Shown piece by piece: positions 25,809 to 32,000 of a stretch of 32,000 nt of DNA; within the stretch, counting starts at the first letter, position 1; each line of letters opens with the position of its first letter. The translations under genes were made by a program, and so were the position numbers. This stretch comes from Candidatus Baldrarchaeota archaeon. GTDB taxonomy: Archaea; Asgardarchaeota; Baldrarchaeia; Baldrarchaeales; DXJG01. The stretch spans positions 120,001 to 152,000 of the forward strand of contig DXJG01000001.1 in the NCBI GenBank assembly GCA_019056805.1, in the 5' to 3' direction. The notes under the pieces were generated by a model, which was given only the letters and a program-made list of their open reading frames with translations, was not told the origin of the DNA and did not search any database.

Positions 25809-27131
25809 ATGGGTAATAAGAAGGTTCAAATCGTTTTAAGTCCTGAAGAACTTCCAAGAAAATGGTATAATATTTTGCCTGATCTTCCTGAGCCTCTACC
25901 TAGACCCAAAGATCCTGAAGAAGGGCCTAGTAGAGTAGAGCTACTGCCCAAAATGATGATAAAAAAATGTTTGGAACAAGAATTTTCTGATCAGCGTTGG
26001 ATAGAAATTCCTGATGAAATTTTAGATTTATACATTCAAGCAGGCAGACCTAGACCTCTATACAGAGCTAAAAGGCTTGAAAAAACCTTAAAACTTCCAG
26101 AGAATAAAATTAAACTCTATTATAAGCGTGAAGATCTTTCTCCAACAGGTAGCCATAAGGTTAATACAGCTTTAGCTCAAGTTTTTTATGCTGCTAATGA
26201 AGGATACGATACAGTTTGCACAGAAACTGGCGCCGGACAATGGGGCAGTGCACTGGCCTACGCAGCATCATTAATGAACATGAAATCTGTGGTATTTTGG
26301 GTTCGCTTTGCTTATGAATGGAAACCCGGCAGAAGAACTCTAATGAAGCTTTATGGTGCTGAGGTTTATCCTAGCCCTAGTAATATTACCGAAACTGGAA
26401 GAAAGATACTTGCAAAAAACCCTGAACATCCGGGCAGTCTAGGTATTGCTGTATCCGAAGGTTTAGAATATGCTTTGACTCATGAAAACGCGGTATATTG
26501 TCTTGGAAGTGTTCTGAATCACGTTCTCTTACATCAAACCATCATTGGCCTTGAAACTAGAAAACAATTTGAACTCATAGACGAATATCCTGATGTCATG
26601 ATTAGTTGTTTAGGGGGAGGTAGTAATTTTGGCGGATTTGTGCTTCCTTTTATCGGTGAAGTACTGAGAGGTGAAGCTGAAAAGGACGTAAAATTTATTG
26701 CAGCCCAAACTCAAGCTGCACCAAGCTTAGTTAATGGAGAGTATCGCTACGACTTTGCTGATCATGCTGAAAAAACACCACTACTAAAGATGTATACTCT
26801 AGGGCACAAACGAGAAATGCCTACTGTCTACGCAGAAGGACTACGTTATCATGCTGCCGCGCCCATAATTAGTCTTTTGAGACATAAAGGTATTGTAAAT
26901 GCTATAGCCTACCCCACAGATGAAAAACACGTCTTCGAGAGAGCTAGACTTTTTATTAAATCTGAAGGATTCTTACCCGCACCTGAAAGCGCATATAGTG
27001 TTGCCTGCGCGATCGATGAGGCTTTAAAAGCTAAGGAAAAGGGTGAGGAAAAAGTTATAGCCTTTAATATTAGTGGACATGGATTTGTTGATCTATCATC
27101 ATACCAAAAAATTCTTTTCGAAAAAACTTAG
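25809..27131 (+). CDS. trpB2: Tryptophan synthase beta chain type 2 (stand-alone TrpB2)
   Basis: PRKWYNILPDLP, GRPRPLYRA, PTGSHKVNTA (PLP Lys), TETGAGQWG, GSLGIAVSE, GGGSNF, GLRYH, PAPES, SGHG. Confidence 0.94.
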   Translation: MGNKKVQIVLSPEELPRKWYNILPDLPEPLPRPKDPEEGPSRVELLPKMMIKKCLEQEFSDQRWIEIPDEILDLYIQAGRPRPLYRAKRLEKTLKLPENKIKLYYKREDLSPTGSHKVNTALAQVFYAANEGYDTVCTETGAGQWGSALAYAASLMNMKSVVFWVRFAYEWKPGRRTLMKLYGAEVYPSPSNITETGRKILAKNPEHPGSLGIAVSEGLEYALTHENAVYCLGSVLNHVLLHQTIIGLETRKQFELIDEYPDVMISCLGGGSNFGGFVLPFIGEVLRGEAEKDVKFIAAQTQAAPSLVNGEYRYDFADHAEKTPLLKMYTLGHKREMPTVYAEGLRYHAAAPIISLLRHKGIVNAIAYPTDEKHVFERARLFIKSEGFLPAPESAYSVACAIDEALKAKEKGEEKVIAFNISGHGFVDLSSYQKILFEKT

Positions 27132-27287
27132 AAAAAAAGTAACCGAAAATGCACCACAATAGTTAATTGCATAAAAAATGTACAACAACTATTTTTTAAT
27201 TATTAATTTCAAATTCAACCGGGAAATAAGATTACATAGACTATAGTCAAAAATAAGATATCCCTGACGAAGTTTCTGTTGAGGGCA

Positions 27288-27617
27288 TTATAAAAGTTGC
27301 ACTGAAAGTTGATTCGGAGTTCTTTTTACTATCTCGATCTTTCCTCCAGGAGCTATTATTGTGAGGGAGGTGACATTTTCCCTACCTTGCAGTCTATTTG
27401 GACCATTAAAGGAGATAATATCTACTCCAACGAATCTTAACGGATCTATTTCTCTCATAGTTTCCTTTAATAGTTCCAATTGTTCTTCCGGAGATAATCC
27501 CTCTTCCAATACTATCATTACGTTGTTTCTCACAAGTCTTAGTATCATTTGTATTTTTTCTCTTGTTGTAAGATATTTTGTAGCGTTTTTAGAAATGAAA
27601 TTTATTTCCATGACCAT
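27288..27617 (-). CDS. oapB: DUF2073-family protein (OapB/ArvB-like)
   Basis: EKIQMILRLVRNNVMIVLEEGLSPEEQLELLKETMREID...FVGVDI...LTIIAP; co-directional immediately downstream of the GTPase. Confidence 0.8.
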   Translation of the reverse strand: MVMEINFISKNATKYLTTREKIQMILRLVRNNVMIVLEEGLSPEEQLELLKETMREIDPLRFVGVDIISFNGPNRLQGRENVTSLTIIAPGGKIEIVKRTPNQLSVQLL

Positions 27618-27623
27618 TTCCCC

Positions 27624-28232
27624 TTATGCAAGTTTTGCTAAAGTTTCATACAGTTTTTCGATGTTTTGTCCTGTTAATGCCGAAATTGGAATTACTTTAT
27701 GGTTCGGAAAGGTTTCTTTCACTAGATGTGGCCTAGACTCCGCTAGATCTATTTTGTTTGCCACAATAATTATTGGTATACCTTTTGCTTCCAAAGTTCC
27801 GATGAGCATTATATTAATTTGATCATAGGGTACTTTTGTTGAATCTACGACAGCAATTGCTACATCTACCTTGTTTAACCACTTTACAGCTTCTATTACT
27901 CCTTTCGTAGCTTCTTTTGCCCGTTGAATAGCCTCCTCTTCCGTTAAACCATATTTTACAAACTCTCGATAATCTATTTTTGTTGCCAAACCAGGCATAT
28001 CTAACATTGTTATTCGAAGTACTCTACCGTTTATATTTAAATGGAGTTTTTCCACTTTCTCTACGGCCCTAGTTTCATGCGGAATTTCCGAGATGATTCC
28101 TTGTGGCTGAGCGCCACAGTCCTTTGCTATTCTATTTGCTAGTGTAGTTTTTCCGACATTTGGAGCCCCGTAAATACCCAGTGTTAATTCTTTTTCCCTT
28201 TTTCTCCCAAATAACTTAAGAAGCCAACTCAA
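27624..28232 (-). CDS. oapA: Small Era-like GTP-binding protein (OapA/ArvA-like)
   Basis: G1 GAPNVGKT, G2 HETR, G3 DMPG, G4 NKID, G5 SAL; ATKIDY...F...G...EA..RAKEATKG signature of this family; short amphipathic N-terminus. Confidence 0.88.
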   Translation of the reverse strand: MSWLLKLFGRKREKELTLGIYGAPNVGKTTLANRIAKDCGAQPQGIISEIPHETRAVEKVEKLHLNINGRVLRITMLDMPGLATKIDYREFVKYGLTEEEAIQRAKEATKGVIEAVKWLNKVDVAIAVVDSTKVPYDQINIMLIGTLEAKGIPIIIVANKIDLAESRPHLVKETFPNHKVIPISALTGQNIEKLYETLAKLA

Positions 28233-28354
28233 TGTTTAAACCCCTAATAACTTTACTGTAACATTCTTTTAAAGTGGGTAAATTCTCCGTAGCTTGCACG
28301 TATTACCCTAGTTTATATGCTAATGAAAATGGTATTTGAGTCGAAGAGTACCGT

Positions 28355-28741
28355 GTGAATAAGGTGAAAATATTGTCTTTACAAATAAAAATTAAAAAAG
28401 ACTATGTGAAATTATTTTACAAATGCTTGAAATGTGGAACATTGTATAAAACGGTTTTCCAAAAAGCTCCGAAGTATTGTAGAAATTGTGGAGGCACTGA
28501 ATTTCTACTCTTAAAATTCAATGTTCCTAGGTTAATTAAACCGAAAAAAGAGATCAATTATCATACTTCTGATTCAGAAAAAATAGAAACTGTTAAAGAA
28601 AATACTAGAGGGATATTTGAGCTAAATTTTGAAGCTATAGCTAAAGGAGCACCGTTAATTGTTTCTCCTCATCCTGGAGTATATGAAATAAAATTGGATT
28701 ATGAATTGGAAAAGATAAGAGGAAGAAGTTTTAAATATTAA
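28355..28741 (+). CDS. oapC: Zn-ribbon DUF2072-family protein (OapC/ArvC-like); start may be the GTG at 28406
   Basis: CLKCG...CRNCGGTEF Zn ribbon plus C-terminal ETV...GIFELNF...GVYEIKL typical of DUF2072. Confidence 0.75.
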   Translation: MNKVKILSLQIKIKKDYVKLFYKCLKCGTLYKTVFQKAPKYCRNCGGTEFLLLKFNVPRLIKPKKEINYHTSDSEKIETVKENTRGIFELNFEAIAKGAPLIVSPHPGVYEIKLDYELEKIRGRSFKY

Positions 28742-28904
28742 ACTGCATATATGGATGAAAATCAGTTTTAAACCGGAAAATCAAAGCTTCTGACTATTAT
28801 TAACTAAATTAAATAAGAACATGATATATCTTAATTCTGTCCATTATACAGAGAGAACTAAGTCATCACCGGTCTTCTATAAGAATTTTATATGGTAAGT
28901 AGCT

Positions 28905-28967
28905 TTTTTGTGAGGTTCTTAAGGAAATAAAGGAGTTTTTGTGAGGGTCAAAAGACATTTTGTGGAG
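28905..28967. repeat. Phased direct repeat TTTTTGTGAGG x2 plus a degenerate third copy
   Basis: Exact 11-mers at 28905-28915 and 28936-28946 (31-bp spacing); TTTTGTGGAG at 28958-28967. Confidence 0.55.
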
Positions 28968-29225
28968 ATGTCCTCAGACTCCTATTTTCAGAAAAATCGT
29001 ACTGTTTCGTATTTTTAGTTGATATTTTTTATCTAAAAGACGTTATACAGAATATCTTTCTTTCACTTTCTTTTTTGTGTATCAGCCACAGTATATTGGT
29101 TAATTATGTATGGTATGTAGTTGCTATTTGATATTTCAGTTAGTTCTGAATTTCTTTTATTTTTCATTTTGTTAAACAAAAATTTTATTAAATACTTTTT
29201 CCTTAAAATTATATGGTGCTCCAAA

Positions 29226-30224
29226 ATGAGCACAAATCTGTCTGATGTAGTTCCCATCAAGGATTTTCTTAAAGATGTTTTGAATGCTGTTAAAAATGTG
29301 AGAAGGCGTGTAATCCTACTAATTTTGAAAGAATATGGAGCTTTAAGTTTAGATGAGCTTCAGGAAAAGTTAAGAGATAAAGGATTTTATCATAGTAAAA
29401 GCACAATTGAAACCTGTTATTTGAACCCATTACTTAAGGCTAGGCTCATCGTAAGAAGGGGACGATTATTTGGTTTATCCTCTCTCGGTGAAAAAATCAT
29501 ATGTGAAATTGAGAATTTTGAATGGCCTCCTGAACTTTCTAAAATGAGGAAATGTTACGAAGAACTCTTATTAATTGCTTTAAACAATGGTGCACTTACA
29601 TTTAGAGATATTACATATTTTGTACCTCGTAACGAGGTTTCTAGGGTTGTTGGTAGAATAAAAAGGTTTCTGGTAAGAAGTAAGAATAGAGTTTTTTATT
29701 TTATTGTTTCCCCGAATGTTCACTACGATGTTTCTCCTTCTGAAAGAATAATTCTTGAAATTATTAGGGAAGCTGGAGAAATTTCTACTTCGGAAATTAT
29801 AAGGAAAGCACCTTTCAAGGCTAGAACGGTTTTCAAACGCCTCAAAAGTCTTAAAGAAAAGGGAATTATTGATAGTTTTAAACAACCTTTATTTTATAAC
29901 TTAACTGCCCAAGGAAAAGAAATTTCAAGTTTTTTGTGCAAGATAGTATCAATTATTAGGGAAGAGGAGAGGGCTAAGGAAGATTTAAAGAATATCATTA
30001 TTGAATATCTTTACAATAAAGGGGAACCGGTTTCTGAGATCGAGCTTATTGAAGAATGTTTATCTCCATTTTTTGAAAGCCGTTTTAAGAGATCCATAGA
30101 GCCAGATGAGTTCCAAACGCTTAAAAGAGAGCTCAAAAGAGCCGGAATAATTGTAGGAGATCCATATAACGGCTATCAACTCAATAAAGAGTTGCTCCCC
30201 AAAATTACTTCGGTTCAAAACTAG
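29226..30224 (+). CDS. Protein with multiple tandem winged-helix domains
   Basis: Likely ATG at 29226; repeated wHTH-like units (RRRVILLIL...LSLDEL...HSKSTI...FGLSSLG; SPSERIILEII...ISTSEI...RTVFKRLKSLKEKG...YNLTAQG; C-terminal unit ending GYQLN). Confidence 0.75.
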   Translation: MSTNLSDVVPIKDFLKDVLNAVKNVRRRVILLILKEYGALSLDELQEKLRDKGFYHSKSTIETCYLNPLLKARLIVRRGRLFGLSSLGEKIICEIENFEWPPELSKMRKCYEELLLIALNNGALTFRDITYFVPRNEVSRVVGRIKRFLVRSKNRVFYFIVSPNVHYDVSPSERIILEIIREAGEISTSEIIRKAPFKARTVFKRLKSLKEKGIIDSFKQPLFYNLTAQGKEISSFLCKIVSIIREEERAKEDLKNIIIEYLYNKGEPVSEIELIEECLSPFFESRFKRSIEPDEFQTLKRELKRAGIIVGDPYNGYQLNKELLPKITSVQN

Positions 30225-32000
30225 TTAACATCCTTTCTTTTTTCCCTACTTCATTATATTTATCAAAATTTAACATTTTAACTAATTTCTGCCCGTATTC
30301 TGTTATTTTATATGTCTGAGGCCCAACCCTTTTCGCTAAAGGATATTTCCAAGCATCTTTCCTTGTTAATAATTCACATACATCTTCCACAACTTTTTCA
30401 ATAAGCTTTAGTTCTCTTGCTAACTCATTAACTGTTGCTATTTCACGTTCCGCTATTTTCTGGAGTACTATCATCTTTAATGGCGACATTCTAACTTTCC
30501 TTAGGATTTCGAATAATTCTGATGGGTTAACGTTTTCTGTAAGGTTCAAGTGATTGTTATATTTTTTAAAACTATGAAAATGTGGCGGCATATGGATTTG
30601 ACTAGGTGATTGTATGTAGTTTTTTAGTTCTGTTAACTGATTTACAGCAAATATTTTTACAGGTAAGTTGTATTCTCCTAGATATTTTTCAGCTAGTTCT
30701 AGGTTTTTATCTTCTACTATGAGTATAACTTCCCTACTTCCCCTCTTTTCTGCTTCCTTTACTAAGCTCAGAATTTTACCTAAAAATTCGTATTTGTTTT
30801 TTAGTTTGTCTAATATTGCTATATGCTGTTCATTTATGGTGGAAAGTATGAAAGGGGCATCATCAGGCACACAAAGTTCATTAAGAAAGTTAGCTACTTT
30901 TTGTTCAATGCTCCTCTCTGTTACGTAGCCAACTGGTCTTGTGTATATATGTGGGAAATATTTTTTATTGTTTTCTTCTATTTCATGAGCTGATACTTTA
31001 GGTACATTAAACTCTATTGTTTTTAATCTGTAAGGATGCGGAAAATTAGGATGTAAAATGATAGCTTCCCTTTTTGGTAATACTCTTAGATAAGATTCTT
31101 GTTCTTCATTTAAATTCACATGTTTAGCTATAATATGTGAATCTGTTTGAGTTCTAAAAACAACCTTTGTTAAAGCATTTGCAAGTATATGTTCACTTAT
31201 TATCGGTCTTACTGCTGAAAATATTACTCCCTGTCCTGTTGCACGCTCAAGCATAATCATATCTTCGATAGGAGTTCCCTCTATTGTTGTTTTTTTAATT
31301 AATACTTGTGGAACAAGAAATTGAGCTTCCTCTACCACAATTAGATGCTTTAAATCTTCTTGTAACCCCCTACGCAATGCTGCGTCAAAAAAATACTTTA
31401 CTAAGATGTTCATAAGTAGTCTAGCATCTTCTCTTGTACCTTTTAGTCTAACTTTATTTAAATCTATAATGACTTTCTTGTTTAATAAGTTATCAAAATT
31501 AATATTAGGTGGATTCGTGAAAACTTCGCCTAGAGGAGGTCGTGTAAGCTTATCTAATCTATTTTTCAAAGCCTCTATTGTCATAGCTATGGCAGACATG
31601 TTTTTTTGCCATTTTTTCCCAAGACTATCTAATTCCATATAAAGGTCCTTAAAGGTCCTTTTATTAGGATCCATTACAACCCTAGTTAAAGCTTCTCTCA
31701 AAACCCTTTCCATTTGAAGCGATAATTGTGCTTCATGTGCTTCAAATAATGACGAATATATTTCTCTTATAATTGAAAACAACTTTTGAGAATGTTCCTC
31801 AGGTTTGGCACCCATGGGATCAAATAAATTTATATAAAGTGGTGCATATTTCGTTAAAGGTTTCAATACAAGTATCGGTTGATCAATCTTTTTTATTAAG
31901 CCCGCATATTCTCCTTTCCAATCAAATATAACCCATCCGACTTCTGGTTTTAATCTCACCAATTCACATAGTACTCTCTGTATATATCTTGTTTTTCCAA
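30205..32000 (-). CDS. HerA/FtsK/VirB4-like P-loop ATPase with a C-terminal wHTH (5' end off the window)
   Basis: The frame stays open past the ORF-track start to the window edge, giving GKTRYIQRVLCEL (end of Walker A); VIFDWKGEY, Walker B LIVVEEAQ, VIIDL; C-terminal wHTH (VLQKIAERE..TVNELAREL...YKITEYG). Confidence 0.8.
   Translation of the reverse strand, partial: GKTRYIQRVLCELVRLKPEVGWVIFDWKGEYAGLIKKIDQPILVLKPLTKYAPLYINLFDPMGAKPEEHSQKLFSIIREIYSSLFEAHEAQLSLQMERVLREALTRVVMDPNKRTFKDLYMELDSLGKKWQKNMSAIAMTIEALKNRLDKLTRPPLGEVFTNPPNINFDNLLNKKVIIDLNKVRLKGTREDARLLMNILVKYFFDAALRRGLQEDLKHLIVVEEAQFLVPQVLIKKTTIEGTPIEDMIMLERATGQGVIFSAVRPIISEHILANALTKVVFRTQTDSHIIAKHVNLNEEQESYLRVLPKREAIILHPNFPHPYRLKTIEFNVPKVSAHEIEENNKKYFPHIYTRPVGYVTERSIEQKVANFLNELCVPDDAPFILSTINEQHIAILDKLKNKYEFLGKILSLVKEAEKRGSREVILIVEDKNLELAEKYLGEYNLPVKIFAVNQLTELKNYIQSPSQIHMPPHFHSFKKYNNHLNLTENVNPSELFEILRKVRMSPLKMIVLQKIAEREIATVNELARELKLIEKVVEDVCELLTRKDAWKYPLAKRVGPQTYKITEYGQKLVKMLNFDKYNEVGKKERMLTSFEPK

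Noticed and set aside
25809-27131. Tryptophan synthase beta without trpA or a trp operon
   Set aside because: Stand-alone TrpB2 is well known in archaea (indole salvage); not novel.
2169-27822. The many short overlapping opposite-strand or alternate-frame ORFs (e.g. 12584-13099, 18393-18848, 23394-23882, 23970-24272, 27361-27822)
   Set aside because: They lie wholly over well-supported genes and have Ser/Phe/Leu-rich shadow composition without motifs.
25483-29225. Replication origin near oapABC
   Set aside because: No ORB (TTCCAGTGGAA plus G-string) seen by eye in the intergenic regions and no cdc6/orc1 in the window. TTCCC-n5-GGGAA near 25730 has the wrong spacing. Left open only through the skew test.
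1-32000. Calling the organism a methanogen
   Set aside because: No mcr, mtr or hdrBC in the window; the methyl branch also occurs in non-methanogenic archaea.
1-32000. CRISPR arrays, tRNA/rRNA genes, transposases, integrases
   Set aside because: No regularly spaced repeats, cloverleaf or GC-rich structured segments, or mobile-element proteins were recognized.

Overview
A low-GC archaeal chromosomal segment. The protein families suggest a Bathyarchaeia-like lineage, but that is inference and cannot be fixed from this window. About 22 kb form a near-complete H4MPT/methanofuran C1 (Wood-Ljungdahl methyl-branch) supercluster: fwdDBAC, ftr, mch, mtd, mer, plus cofactor-tailoring candidates (CofE-like ligase, RimK/MptN-like ATP-grasp, CitG-like enzyme, two tandem Pol-beta-type nucleotidyltransferases). 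The most striking element is a second, tightly coupled minus-strand operon: fwdG-like, divergent fwdB, hdrA-mvhD fusion, fwdF polyferredoxin (the last runs off the window and is missing from the ORF track). It suggests an electron-bifurcating HdrA wired directly to Fwd, with an FwdB paralog that has lost the RGH active-site motif. Embedded in the cluster is a possible import/activation module: an ECF S-component with a palindromic operator, a divergent wHTH-PfkB fusion and two nucleotidyltransferases. The right third holds ppsA, a stand-alone trpB2, an oapAB/oapC (arvABC-like) GTPase cluster with oapC inverted, a multi-wHTH protein and a divergent HerA-like ATPase truncated by the window edge. 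No tRNA, rRNA, CRISPR array, transposase, mcr/mtr or hdrBC genes were seen. All family assignments come from motif recognition by eye, not database searches.
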